From positions 1,600,001 through 1,664,000 of the forward strand of contig OY970192.1 of the NCBI GenBank assembly GCA_963708135.1: a stretch of 64,000 nucleotides of DNA, given 5' to 3'. The stretch comes from an uncultured Gemmatimonadales bacterium (GTDB taxonomy: Bacteria; Gemmatimonadota; Gemmatimonadetes; Longimicrobiales; RSA9). The notes beneath the pieces were generated by a model. That model saw only the letters and a program-made list of their open reading frames with translations. It was not told where the DNA came from and made no database searches. The translations under genes were made by a program, and so were the position numbers. This document shows, piece by piece, positions 50,069 to 59,919 of the stretch (positions are counted from its first letter, which is position 1; every line of letters starts with the position of its first letter).

Positions 50069-50890
50069 ATGCTGCGCGGCGTGGCCGCCACCGTAGATGA
50101 ACGGATGCAGGGGTTCGCGCTGGGGGTGAACGACTTCTTCACTCTCGGCGCGCGCGCGGTGCGCTTCTTCGTGAGCCGGCCGTTCTACGTGCGCGACGTG
50201 CTCACGCAGATGGACCGGGTCGGCGTGGGCTCGCTGCCGATCATCGTGCTCACGGGGATCTTCTCCGGGATGGTGCTCGCGCTCCAGGGGGCGGAGGAGC
50301 TCGGGCAGTACGGCGCGGCCTCGTTCCTGGGCAGCCTGGTGGGGGCGAGCATGGTGCGCGAGCTGGGCCCGGTGCTCACGGGACTGGGCGTGGCGGGACG
50401 GGTGGGTTCGAGCATCGCGGCGGAGCTGGCCTCGATGCGGGTGGGCGAGCAGATCGATGCGCTGCAGACGTTCGGCACGGATCCGATCCGCAAGCTGGTC
50501 ACGCCCCGCCTCCTGGCCTGCCTGGTCATGGTACCGGTGCTCACGATCGTGATGGACACCGTGGCGATCGTCGGCGGGCTCTTCATCGCCAAGGGAGCCG
50601 GCGGCGTGTCGCCGCAGACGTTCCTGACCGGGATGTGGAGCAGCTTCGCCTTCAGCGGCTTCGTCTTCGGCATCCTGCCACGCGACTTCTTCGGCGGGCT
50701 GCTGAAGCCGTTCGTGTTTGGCGGGGTGCTGGCGCTGGTGGGCGCCTACTACGGGCTGAACGTGAAGGGCGGCGCCGAGTCGGTGGGGACCGCGACGACG
50801 CGGGCCGTGGTGGTGGCGTCGGTGCTGATCTTCGCGCTCGACTACTTCATCACCCAGCTGCTGCTGGTCTTCCTCGGGCCGCCGTCATGA
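50069..50890 (+). CDS. mlaE: MCE ABC transporter permease
   Basis: GVGSLPI, RELGPVL, AGRVGS, EQIDAL, GGAESVG.ATT.AVV. Confidence 0.93.
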   Translation: MLRGVAATVDERMQGFALGVNDFFTLGARAVRFFVSRPFYVRDVLTQMDRVGVGSLPIIVLTGIFSGMVLALQGAEELGQYGAASFLGSLVGASMVRELGPVLTGLGVAGRVGSSIAAELASMRVGEQIDALQTFGTDPIRKLVTPRLLACLVMVPVLTIVMDTVAIVGGLFIAKGAGGVSPQTFLTGMWSSFAFSGFVFGILPRDFFGGLLKPFVFGGVLALVGAYYGLNVKGGAESVGTATTRAVVVASVLIFALDYFITQLLLVFLGPPS

Positions 50891-51741
50891 GGTCGGACGA
50901 GTATCTGAGCGGAATCCGCGGCGCCCTGGACGAGCAGGACCGGGAGGAGCGCGTGGAGCAGGAGGAGCGGGCGGCGCGCCAGCCGGCCGGGACGCGCCCG
51001 CCGAGGCAGCGGCACCTGATCCGGCTGGAGCACGTGTCGCTGGCGTTCGACCGGCCGGTGCTCGACGACGTGGACATGGACGTGGTGGAGGGGGAGACGC
51101 TGCTCGTGCTCGGCGAATCGGGGGTGGGCAAGTCGACGATCCTCAAGCTGATCCTGCGGCTGCTGCTGCCGGACGAGGGGCACATCCGGGTGTGTGGGCA
51201 GGAGATCACCGAGCTGTCGTTCGAGGAGGTGCTGGACCTGCGGCGGCGGATCGGGATGGTGTTCCAGAGCTCGGCCCTCTTCGACTCGATGTCGGTCTAC
51301 GGCAACGTGGCGTATCCGCTCGAGGAGAACACGAAGATGGACCAGGACCGCATCGAGCAGATCGTGCGCGAGAAGCTGGAGTTCGTGGACCTCGACCCCG
51401 ACCAGGTGATGGACCAGCTGCCGGCCGAGCTGTCGGGCGGGATGCGCAAGCGGGTCGGCATCGCGCGCGCCATCGCGACGAACCCCGAGATCGTGCTCTA
51501 CGACGAGCCGACCGCGGGCCTCGATCCGCTGGCGGTCGAGACGATCACCGATCTGATCAAGAAGCTGCAGCGCGAGCTCGGCGTCACGTCCATTCTCGTG
51601 ACGCACGACCTGCGCGCCGGCTTCAAGGTGGCGTCGCGGGTGAATCTGCTGCGCGACGGAGAGATCATCTTTCGCGGCACGCCCGAGGAGATGGTGGCCA
51701 CGGAGGATCCTTACATCCGCACGTTCATCAACGCGAGCTGA
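50887..51741 (+). CDS. mlaF: MCE ABC transporter ATP-binding protein
   Basis: GESGVGKS, FQSSALFDS, LSGGMRKR, YDEPTAGLDP, VTHD. Confidence 0.93.
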   Translation: MRSDEYLSGIRGALDEQDREERVEQEERAARQPAGTRPPRQRHLIRLEHVSLAFDRPVLDDVDMDVVEGETLLVLGESGVGKSTILKLILRLLLPDEGHIRVCGQEITELSFEEVLDLRRRIGMVFQSSALFDSMSVYGNVAYPLEENTKMDQDRIEQIVREKLEFVDLDPDQVMDQLPAELSGGMRKRVGIARAIATNPEIVLYDEPTAGLDPLAVETITDLIKKLQRELGVTSILVTHDLRAGFKVASRVNLLRDGEIIFRGTPEEMVATEDPYIRTFINAS

Positions 51742-51744
51742 GCC

Positions 51745-52755
51745 ATGGCGCGGCGGCGAGGGAAAGGGTTGGAGTGGAGCCAGGTGCGGGTCGGCATCGT
51801 GCTGGTGGTCGCGATGCTGGTCCTGCTCTTCGGGATCCTCAGCGTGGGCAAGCTGTTCAACCTCTTCGCCAAGAACTATCAGCTCGTCGCGCTGGTGCGC
51901 TCCGCCGCCGGCCTGCCGCACGGCGCCCCCGTCGCCCTGGCCGGCGAGCGGGTGGGCAAGGTAGAGGCGATCGACTTCATCCCGATGGGCGAGAAGCCCG
52001 CCGACTTCAACATCCTCGTCCACCTCACCGTGGCGAAGAAGGTCGAGAGCCAGATCCGGCGCGACTCCAGGGTCCGGCTCCGCACCCAGGGGCTGCTCGG
52101 TGACAAGTACATCGACATCTCGCCCGGCAGCCTCAACGCCCCGCCGCTCCAGCCGGGCGACACACTCCGCAGCCTGCCGTCGGCCGACTTCGACGAGCTG
52201 CTCGCCAACGCCGGCCAGGCGCTCGAGCAGGGCCGCGCCACGGTCGCGGACATGCGCGCCCTGGTGCACCGGATGTCCAGCGGCCAGGGAACACTGGGCC
52301 GCCTCATCGACGACGACCGGCTGTACCTGCACATGGATGCGGCCACCGTGCAGCTGCAGCAGACGCTCGCCGCGATGAACGACCCGAACGGCTCCCTCGG
52401 CCGGCTCATTCACGATCCGGCGATGTACGACCACCTCGCGCGCGCCACCGCCCGCGTGGACAGCATTGCCCGCCTGGTGCTCGCCGGGCAGGGCAGCCTC
52501 GGCAAGCTCATCGCCAGCGACTCCCTCTACCGCGGCTTCCTCAACATCATGGGCAGCGCCGACCAGGCCGCCACCGGCCTCGCCGGCATGCTCGGCACCT
52601 TCCAGTCCGGCCAGGGGACGATGCAGCGCCTCATGACCGACCCCGGCCTCTACGACGAGCTGCTCAAGTCGGTCATCGATCTGCAGACCATGATCAACGA
52701 TGTCCGGCAGAACCCCACCAAGTACAAGCCCGACATCCACGTGAAGGTCTTCTAG
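51745..52755 (+). CDS. mlaD: MCE (MlaD) protein with long helical extension
   Basis: TM anchor, GL..GAPV.LAG..VG.V, GLLGDKYIDI.PG, four G(T/S)(L/M)xx(L/M) repeats. Confidence 0.9.
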   Translation: MARRRGKGLEWSQVRVGIVLVVAMLVLLFGILSVGKLFNLFAKNYQLVALVRSAAGLPHGAPVALAGERVGKVEAIDFIPMGEKPADFNILVHLTVAKKVESQIRRDSRVRLRTQGLLGDKYIDISPGSLNAPPLQPGDTLRSLPSADFDELLANAGQALEQGRATVADMRALVHRMSSGQGTLGRLIDDDRLYLHMDAATVQLQQTLAAMNDPNGSLGRLIHDPAMYDHLARATARVDSIARLVLAGQGSLGKLIASDSLYRGFLNIMGSADQAATGLAGMLGTFQSGQGTMQRLMTDPGLYDELLKSVIDLQTMINDVRQNPTKYKPDIHVKVF

Positions 52756-53178
52756 GGGCCGCCGCCGCGCGCCCCGCCCCCGGGGCTCGGGGTCCGGCGG
52801 TCGGGGCGCGACGCTGTCCGTTTCTCGCGGCCTCGGACGTTGTGGAGTGGCATTCCGCCGGGACTCACCGCCTTGCGGAACGGTTGCATTCGTCCCAGGC
52901 TCCGGAACTCCGAGACAGCGATTCGTCAGATCGTGGCAGCCGAAGAAACGAAATCCTCGGCGGTCGCGCCACGGGCGCGGCTCGCCGGAAACGTCCTATC
53001 TCGTATCCCGACGCGACTCCGCCTCCCGTCACTCGGCACGCGTGGCCGGTGGTGTCGTCGCGCACTCAACCCCGGCGCGGCCTGGCCGTCCGGGACCGTG
53101 GGGCCGCTCCACGCACCCTTGGCGTGGGCCGGCCCCACACTTCATCTCACGCGGTCGAGAGACCAAAGGAGGAAGTTC

Positions 53179-56100
53179 ATGCAGCAACTCTCGCGTTGCG
53201 TCCCTCCGGGACGCGTGCGGAGGCGGGGAGCCGCAGTGCTCCTGGCGGCCTTCGCGGCGGTGGCCGCCCTTCTCTCTCCGGGGGCGGTACGGGCCCAGGC
53301 GGGCGAGGTGGGCGGCACCGTGGTGGCTGCGAACTCGCTGCAACCGTTGTCGGGGGCGCAGATCAGCGTCGTCGGGACGAACAACGGCGTGGTTGCCGGT
53401 CCGGACGGGCGGTTCGTGCTGCACGGCGTCGCAGGGGCGCAGGTCGAGCTGCAGGCGACGATGCTCGGCTACAAGACGGCGACGCAGACGGTGGCGGTCG
53501 GCACGATGGACGTGCGCTTCGAGCTGGCGCAGTCGGCGATCTCGCTGAACGAGCTGGTGGTGACGGGGACCCCGCAGGCGGAGCAGAAGCGGGCGCTCGG
53601 GAACGTGGTCTCGACAGTGGACGCCGCCGCGATCGTCGCGAAGGCGCCTGTAAGCACCGTAGACGAGGTGCTGAACGGGCGCGTGGCCGGCGTGAGCATC
53701 CTCTCCTCGACGGGCGAGGTCGGCGGCGCGAGCCGGATCCACATCCGCGGCGCGACGAGCTTCTCGCTTTCGAACACGCCGCTGATCTACATCGACGGCA
53801 TCCGGGTCAACAACTCCGAGGCTACGGGTCCGCAGACCCAGTCCTTCGGCTCGAGCACGATCTCGCGGTGGAACGACCTGGACCCGAACGAGATCGAGAG
53901 CATCCAGGTGATCAAGGGGCCGGCGGCCGCCACGTTGTACGGCACGGAGGCGGCGCATGGCGTGATCCAGATCATCACCAAGCACGGGCAGAGCGGCGCG
54001 CCCCAGTTTCACCTCCAGGTCAGGGGTGGCGGCAACTCGTTCAGCAACCCCGAGGGGCGGCTTTGGACCAACTATTTCATGGTCAACAATCAGCTCCAGT
54101 CGATCGATCTCACGCAGCTGGAGCAGCGCTGGACGGCGGCCGCGGACTCGATGGGCGTCTCGCCGACGATCTTCCGCACCGGCGGGCTGGCGTCGGCGGA
54201 CCTGAACGTCTCCGGCGGAAACGGCGGCACACACTACTTCCTCTCGGGCGGCCTCGAGCAGAACCAGGGCGTCGTCCCGAGCAACCAGGTCCGCAAGGGC
54301 AACGCGCGGATGAACGTCACGGTCACGCCGGGCGAGCACTGGTCCGCGAACGGCAGCTTCGGGTACGTGGTCGGCCGCACCGACATGGGGCCGGAGTCCG
54401 GCTGGGGCGGCATTCCGTGGACCACCTACTATATGCGCCCCGACAAGATCAACACGTACCACAGGGGCTTCTACAGCTACACGCCCGACGCGTACAACAC
54501 GGCCTTCCAGCTCTGGCAGGACCTGTCCCGCTTCACGGGGAGCGTGCAGCTGCACTACAACCCGACGTCGTGGTTCACGAACCGGGTGACGGTCGGTCTC
54601 GACCAGGTTCACCAGGGGGACAACGAAATCGACAAGAACGTGCCGCAGTACGCCTATCAGGACTCCTACTTCGCCATCGGCGGCCACTGGACGACGGCCT
54701 GGGACATCAACTACACGACGGTCGACTACGCGGGCAACATCACCGCCGACCTGAGTCCGAACTTCAAGTCAACGACGTCTATCGGCGCGCAGTACTACCG
54801 CAAGCACCAGGACTGGATCTCCGCGGGCAACTCGGACTTCCCGGTCCCCGGCCTCACCTCGATCACCGCCACGACCGGCCAGCCCGACCTGCCAACGGGT
54901 GACTACATCAACAACATCACGGCCGGGGTCTTCGCACAGGAGCAGATCGGCTGGCTGAACCGCCGCTTCCTGACCGTGGCGCTACGGCGCGACCAGAACA
55001 GCGCGTTCGGAACGAACTACGGGGCGGCCTACTATCCGAAGGTCAGTGGCTCCTGGGTTCTCACCGATGAGCCGTTCTTCCATGTCTCCGCGCTCAACAC
55101 GCTGAAGCTGCGGGCGGCCTACGGCGCAACGGGCGAGCAGCCCGACCAGTTCGCAGCGCTACGCACGTTCCAGCCCGTGCCAGGCCCGATTGGCGGCACG
55201 GTCACACCGCAGAACGTCGGCAACCCGGATCTCGGTCCGGAGCGCACGGCCGGGCTCGAGGCCGGCTTCGATGCGGGCGTGGCGAACGATCGGATCGGCA
55301 TCGAGTTCACCTACTTCAACCAGGTGACGAAGGACGCGATCCTGCTCCGGCAGATCGCTCCATCGACCGGTTTCTCCGGCAGCCAGTACGTGAACGCCGG
55401 ACGCGTGGACAACAACGGGCTCGAGGTGAACATCCACGGGTCGCCGATCGTGCGCCCCGCCTTCGGGTGGGACCTCGGCGTCAACTTCTCGACCAACAAC
55501 AACACGATCAAGAGCCTGGGTAGCGTGACCGACCAGAATTACGTCCAGGCCGGCAGCTACGTCCGCCACGAGATCGGCTACCCGGTCGGCTCCTGGTTCG
55601 AGAAGAAGCTGGTGAGCGCCACGCTGAACGCGGACGGCACGACCAGCAACCTGATGTGCGACAACGGCAGCGGCGGCACCGTCGATTGCGCCAACGCGCC
55701 GCAGGTCTTCCTCGGCCGCAACATCCCGAAGTTCCAGGGCGGCGTCAACAGCACGTTCACGCTGTTCCGCAACCTCGAGCTGTTCGGGCAGATCGACTTC
55801 GAGACCGGCTTCTCCAAGCTCGACGGGAACGAGCGCGTGCGCTGCTGGTTCTTTGCCGAGTGCCTGGCCAACTGGGATCCCACCTCGGCGGACCCGGTCA
55901 CGGTGGCAGGCTACCAGCACGACTTCGTGTCCGGCCTGATTCACAAAGCCGGCTTCGCAAGGCTGCGCGAGCTCTCGGCGACGTATCACCTCCCGCACTC
56001 GCTCACGCAGCGTCTCGGCGTGAATGGCGCCAGCCTGACGGTTGCCGGACGCAACCTCGCCATTTGGACCAAGTACCCGGGCCTCGACCCCGAGGCCACG

Positions 56101-56199
56101 TTCAACGGCGGCAGCCGCGGCGGCTCGTACAGCCTGTGGGAGCAGGACGTCTTCCCGCAGCTCGAGCAGTTCACCGCGACCCTCAACCTCACCTTCTGA
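53179..56199 (+). CDS. SusC/RagA family TonB-dependent outer membrane transporter
   Basis: AAGGAGG RBS, signal peptide, CarboxypepD-like domain, VVTG, IRG, PLIYIDG, IESIQVIKGPAAATLYG.EAAHGVIQIITK, NPDL.PE, terminal F. Confidence 0.95.
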   Translation: MQQLSRCVPPGRVRRRGAAVLLAAFAAVAALLSPGAVRAQAGEVGGTVVAANSLQPLSGAQISVVGTNNGVVAGPDGRFVLHGVAGAQVELQATMLGYKTATQTVAVGTMDVRFELAQSAISLNELVVTGTPQAEQKRALGNVVSTVDAAAIVAKAPVSTVDEVLNGRVAGVSILSSTGEVGGASRIHIRGATSFSLSNTPLIYIDGIRVNNSEATGPQTQSFGSSTISRWNDLDPNEIESIQVIKGPAAATLYGTEAAHGVIQIITKHGQSGAPQFHLQVRGGGNSFSNPEGRLWTNYFMVNNQLQSIDLTQLEQRWTAAADSMGVSPTIFRTGGLASADLNVSGGNGGTHYFLSGGLEQNQGVVPSNQVRKGNARMNVTVTPGEHWSANGSFGYVVGRTDMGPESGWGGIPWTTYYMRPDKINTYHRGFYSYTPDAYNTAFQLWQDLSRFTGSVQLHYNPTSWFTNRVTVGLDQVHQGDNEIDKNVPQYAYQDSYFAIGGHWTTAWDINYTTVDYAGNITADLSPNFKSTTSIGAQYYRKHQDWISAGNSDFPVPGLTSITATTGQPDLPTGDYINNITAGVFAQEQIGWLNRRFLTVALRRDQNSAFGTNYGAAYYPKVSGSWVLTDEPFFHVSALNTLKLRAAYGATGEQPDQFAALRTFQPVPGPIGGTVTPQNVGNPDLGPERTAGLEAGFDAGVANDRIGIEFTYFNQVTKDAILLRQIAPSTGFSGSQYVNAGRVDNNGLEVNIHGSPIVRPAFGWDLGVNFSTNNNTIKSLGSVTDQNYVQAGSYVRHEIGYPVGSWFEKKLVSATLNADGTTSNLMCDNGSGGTVDCANAPQVFLGRNIPKFQGGVNSTFTLFRNLELFGQIDFETGFSKLDGNERVRCWFFAECLANWDPTSADPVTVAGYQHDFVSGLIHKAGFARLRELSATYHLPHSLTQRLGVNGASLTVAGRNLAIWTKYPGLDPEATFNGGSRGGSYSLWEQDVFPQLEQFTATLNLTF

Positions 56200-56211
56200 G
56201 CGGGGCTAGCC

Positions 56212-57495
56212 ATGAATTCGAACCACACGCGCAGAACGCTCCGCGAGGTGCTCCGGCCCGCCCGCTGGGGGCTGGCCGGCGCCGCGCTGGCGGCTCTGCT
56301 TGCCGGCTGTAACCTCCTGAAGGTGGACGCGCCGAGCCGGATCCCGGCCGACCAGCTCGCGTCTCCCAACAACGCCTCACTCCTCGTGCAGGGTGCCGTG
56401 GCGGATTTCGAGTGCGCGTACGGCGCATACGTCGGCCTCACGGCGGAGCTCTCCCACGAGATGGTGGATGCCACCGAGACCGCCGCCCGCTGGGTCTACG
56501 ACAAGCGGGACGTACACTCGAACGACGCGCTGTACGGCACCTCGGGGTGCGAGGCCCTGGGCGTCTACACGCCCCTGTCCACCGCCCGCTGGTCGGCGGA
56601 CAACATCCTGACCAAGCTCCAGGCCTGGAGTGACGCGGAGGTGCCGGACCGGCAGAAGCTGATCGCGACGGCTGCCGCATACGCAGGCTACGACTACCTG
56701 CTCCTCGGCGAGGGCTTCTGCAGCGCCGCGATCGACCTTTCGGCGCCGCTGACCTCGCAGGAGCTCTTTGCTCAGGCCGAGGATCGTTTCACCACCGCCA
56801 TCCAGGCCGCGCAGAGCTCGGGGTCTACCGACATCCTGAACCTCGCCTACGTCGGCAGGGCCAGGGCGCGACTGGACCAGGGCGACCTCCAGGGCGCCGG
56901 CGCCAATGCCGCGCTCGTTCCCGCCGGTTTCGAGTTCGACGCAACGGCGTCCGCATCCGCCAGCCGCCGCAGCAACCGCGTCTATGCCCAGAACGGGCAG
57001 AATCCGACCACCGGCGGCGAGGCGATGTCGGTGGACTCCGCCTACATCGATGTGATGTTCGACGGGGTCGCGGATCCGCGCGTTCCGGTGGTCGATGCCC
57101 ACTTCAGCACGACCAACGGGACGCCGATGTTCTATCAGCTCAAGTACAACTCGCTCTCCGATCCGATCCCGGTCGCGACCTACACGGAGGCGCAGCTGAT
57201 TCTGGCCGAGGCGGAGGGCGGGCAGCAGGCGGTCAACATCATCAATCAGCTGCACGATGCCGTCGGGTTGCCGCACTTCCAGAGCACGAACCCGGATTCC
57301 ATCGAGGCGCAGATCCTCTGGGAGCGGCGCAGCGCGCTGTGGCTCCAGGGTGAGCGCTTCTACGACATCCGCCGCATGAACCTGCCGCTCGTGCCGGCGC
57401 CTGGCGCGCCGTACAAGAACGGCGGCGTGTACGGCGACACGCGCTGTCTGCCGCTTCCGGACGTGGAGACCAACAACAACCCCAACGCCGGCTGA
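56212..57495 (+). CDS. SusD/RagB family lipoprotein
   Basis: Lipobox LAGC, EAQLILAEA, ERR.ALW..G.R.YDIRR, LPLPDVE..NNPN. Confidence 0.9.
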   Translation: MNSNHTRRTLREVLRPARWGLAGAALAALLAGCNLLKVDAPSRIPADQLASPNNASLLVQGAVADFECAYGAYVGLTAELSHEMVDATETAARWVYDKRDVHSNDALYGTSGCEALGVYTPLSTARWSADNILTKLQAWSDAEVPDRQKLIATAAAYAGYDYLLLGEGFCSAAIDLSAPLTSQELFAQAEDRFTTAIQAAQSSGSTDILNLAYVGRARARLDQGDLQGAGANAALVPAGFEFDATASASASRRSNRVYAQNGQNPTTGGEAMSVDSAYIDVMFDGVADPRVPVVDAHFSTTNGTPMFYQLKYNSLSDPIPVATYTEAQLILAEAEGGQQAVNIINQLHDAVGLPHFQSTNPDSIEAQILWERRSALWLQGERFYDIRRMNLPLVPAPGAPYKNGGVYGDTRCLPLPDVETNNNPNAG

Positions 57496-57522
57496 GCCGT
57501 TCCGGCCGGTCCTGACAGGCGA

Positions 57523-57552
57523 CGGCCCCCGCACCGCGAGGTGCGGGGGCCG
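57523..57552. terminator. Hairpin terminator between convergent susD and soxR
   Basis: 13-bp stem CGGCCCCCGCACC/GGTGCGGGGGCCG with a GCGA loop, followed by CTTCGTT. Confidence 0.8.
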
Positions 57553-57614
57553 CTTCGTTCCCGGCCGGGTGTTGGCGCGCCGCACGGCTACTCGCGCGGC
57601 CGCGGGCTGCAGCC

Positions 57615-58082
57615 TCAACCGCGCGCTCCCGCCTCCCGCAGCAGCGGAGGGAGGAAGCGGGCCCCGGCGCCCCCCCTCCGCGCCGCGTCGCCGGGATTCG
57701 AGACGGCGCAGCGGTCGAGCGAGAGACAGCCGCACCCGATGCACGAGTCCAGCCCGTCCCGCAGCGCGACCAGCGCCTCGATCTGCTCGTCAAGCCGCGC
57801 CCGCCAGCCGCGCGAGAGACGGGTCCAGTCCGCCCGCGTGGGCGCCCGGCCGCCCGGAAGCTGCGCCAGCGCCTCTCGCACCTCGTCCAGACTCAGCCCG
57901 ATGTTCTGCGCCGCCCGCAGGAAGGCCAGCCGCCGCAGCACGTCGCGCCCGAAGCGACGCTGCCCGCCGCCGGTGCGCGTGGCGGCAATGAGCCCCTCGC
58001 GCTCGTAGTAGCGCACGGCCGAGGCGGCCAGCCCGCTGCGCGCGGCGACCTCGCCGACGGCGAGGGTGTTGGAGGTGGTCAT
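57615..58082 (-). CDS. soxR: Redox-sensitive transcriptional activator SoxR
   Basis: MerR HTH (VGEVAARSG.AASAVRYYE) and the [2Fe-2S] motif LDSCIGCGCLSLDRC. Confidence 0.96.
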   Translation of the reverse strand: MTTSNTLAVGEVAARSGLAASAVRYYEREGLIAATRTGGGQRRFGRDVLRRLAFLRAAQNIGLSLDEVREALAQLPGGRAPTRADWTRLSRGWRARLDEQIEALVALRDGLDSCIGCGCLSLDRCAVSNPGDAARRGGAGARFLPPLLREAGARG

Positions 58083-58091
58083 GTCGGCCCC

Positions 58092-58122
58092 TTGACTTGA
58101 AGTTGACTTCAACTTGTAAGAT
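58092..58122 (+). promoter_or_regulatory. MerR-type promoter with SoxR box
   Basis: -35 TTGACT (58092-97), 19-nt spacer, -10 TAAGAT (58117-22). Inverted repeat TTGAAGT-TG-ACTTCAA at 58097-58112. Confidence 0.88.
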
Positions 58123-58156
58123 GGGGGGACGACGCTCACGACACAAGGAGAGAGAC

Positions 58157-58855
58157 ATGCGCACGGCCCTCATCACCGGCGGCTCCCGCGGCCTCGGCCG
58201 CGCCATCGTCCATGCCCTCGCCCGGCGGGGCTGGTCGGTCATCCTCGACGGGCGCGACGCCGCCGTCCTGCGCGCGTCCGTAGCGGCGCTGCCGGCGGGC
58301 CGCGTTCGCGCGCTCGCCGGGGACGTCACGGACGCGGTGCACCGGGAGGCCCTGCTCTCGACGGCGCGGGAGCTGGGCGCGCTGGACCTGCTGTGCAACA
58401 ACGCCAGCGCGCTCGGTCCGAGCCCGCTCCGGGAGCTGGCCGTCTACCCGCCGGCGGAGCTCGCCCGGGTGCTGGAGTCCAACCTGCTCGCGCCGCTGGC
58501 GCTCATGCAGGGCACGCTGCCGATGCTGGCGGAGGCCGGCGGCACGATCGTGAACGTGAGCTCGGACGCGGCGGTGGAGGCGTATCCGGGCTGGGGCGGC
58601 TACGGCGCGTCGAAGGCGGCGCTGGATCGTGTCTCGGCGGTGCTGGCGGCCGAGCGGCCGGCCGTGCGGGTGTACGCGTTCGACCCCGGGGACATGCGCA
58701 CGGAAATGCACCAGCGTGCCTATCCCGGGCAGGACATCTCGGACCGGCCGGAGCCGGAGACGGTGGTCCCTTCCCTGCTCCGGCTGCTGGAGGAGCGGCC
58801 GCCGAGCGGACGCTACCGCGCGGCAGACCTCCGTCCGGCCTCGGTTTTCCCGTGA
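58157..58855 (+). CDS. Short-chain dehydrogenase/reductase
   Basis: AAGGAG RBS, TGGSRGLG, NNA, NVSS, YGASK, DPG.M.T. Confidence 0.94.
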   Translation: MRTALITGGSRGLGRAIVHALARRGWSVILDGRDAAVLRASVAALPAGRVRALAGDVTDAVHREALLSTARELGALDLLCNNASALGPSPLRELAVYPPAELARVLESNLLAPLALMQGTLPMLAEAGGTIVNVSSDAAVEAYPGWGGYGASKAALDRVSAVLAAERPAVRVYAFDPGDMRTEMHQRAYPGQDISDRPEPETVVPSLLRLLEERPPSGRYRAADLRPASVFP

Positions 58856-59919
58856 ACGCCGGGTCCGCCGGTCCCCATCGGGCCGTGAAGTCGGGTCTCC
58901 CGCGGGAGCCGGTGGCGACGACACCGCCGGAGGCGAGAGGGCTGGCCAGGGATGAGGTCCGGCTCCTCGTCGCCGGACCGGGCGGTGCCATACACACGCG
59001 GTTCCGCGCCCTGCCGCGCTTTATCCGGCCCGGCGACCTGCTGGTGGTCAACACGTCGGCCACCTTGCCGGCGGCGGTGGACGCGCGCCGGGACGACGGC
59101 GCGCCGGTGACCGTTCACGCCTCCACGTCGCTGGATGATGGAAGCTGGCTGGTGGAGGTGCGCCCGCCCGGCCACGCCACGGGCCCGCTGCCCGACGCGC
59201 GGCGCGGCGAGCGTCTCGCGCTTCCGGGCGGCGCGCGGCTGACGCTCGAGGCGGCGTACCCCGACCAGGCGGCGGAGCGCTCCCGGCTATGGCGGGCGCG
59301 GATCTCGGGGGCCGCGGGGCTGCGCGGGATCCTCGCGCGGCACGGGCGGCCGATCGCGTACGCCTACGTGCGGGGGCGCTGGCCGCTGGCGGCGTACCAG
59401 GCGGTCTTCGCGCGGCACCCCGGGAGCGCGGAGATGCCGAGCGCCGGCCGTCCGTTCAGCCGCCGGCTGGTGCGTTCGCTGCTTGCCCGCGGGGTCGGGA
59501 TCGCGCCTGTGGTGCTGCACACGGGCGTGTCCTCGGGGGAAGGTCCGCTTCCCGAGCCGTTCCGGGTGCCGCGAGGCACTGCCCGGCGGATCGAGGCGGT
59601 GCATGCGGCCGGCGGGCGCGTCATCGCCGTGGGAACGACCGTGACGCGCGCCCTGGAGACGCTCGCGGCGGAGGACGGGACGGTGCGCCACGGCGGCGGC
59701 TGGACCGATCTGGTGCTTGGGCCGCGGCGTCCGGCGCGGGCGGTGGACGGGATCGTGACCGGGTGGCACCCGGCGGGTGCATCGCACCTGGAGCTGCTCG
59801 CGGCCGTGGCCGGGCGCCGGCTCGTACGCCGGGCGTACCGCGCGGCGCGCGCCGCGCGGTACCTGTGGCACGAGTTCGGGGACAGCGCGCTGTTCCTGCG
59901 CGCTACTTCGGGAGCGTGA
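58852..59919 (+). CDS. QueA-like SAM:ribosyltransferase-isomerase family protein (divergent)
   Basis: GTGA overlap with the SDR. RD..RLLV, PGDLLVVN, AVGTT..RALE, YQAVFA, GSAEMPSAGRPF, YLWHEFGDS. Confidence 0.88.
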   Translation: MNAGSAGPHRAVKSGLPREPVATTPPEARGLARDEVRLLVAGPGGAIHTRFRALPRFIRPGDLLVVNTSATLPAAVDARRDDGAPVTVHASTSLDDGSWLVEVRPPGHATGPLPDARRGERLALPGGARLTLEAAYPDQAAERSRLWRARISGAAGLRGILARHGRPIAYAYVRGRWPLAAYQAVFARHPGSAEMPSAGRPFSRRLVRSLLARGVGIAPVVLHTGVSSGEGPLPEPFRVPRGTARRIEAVHAAGGRVIAVGTTVTRALETLAAEDGTVRHGGGWTDLVLGPRRPARAVDGIVTGWHPAGASHLELLAAVAGRRLVRRAYRAARAARYLWHEFGDSALFLRATSGA

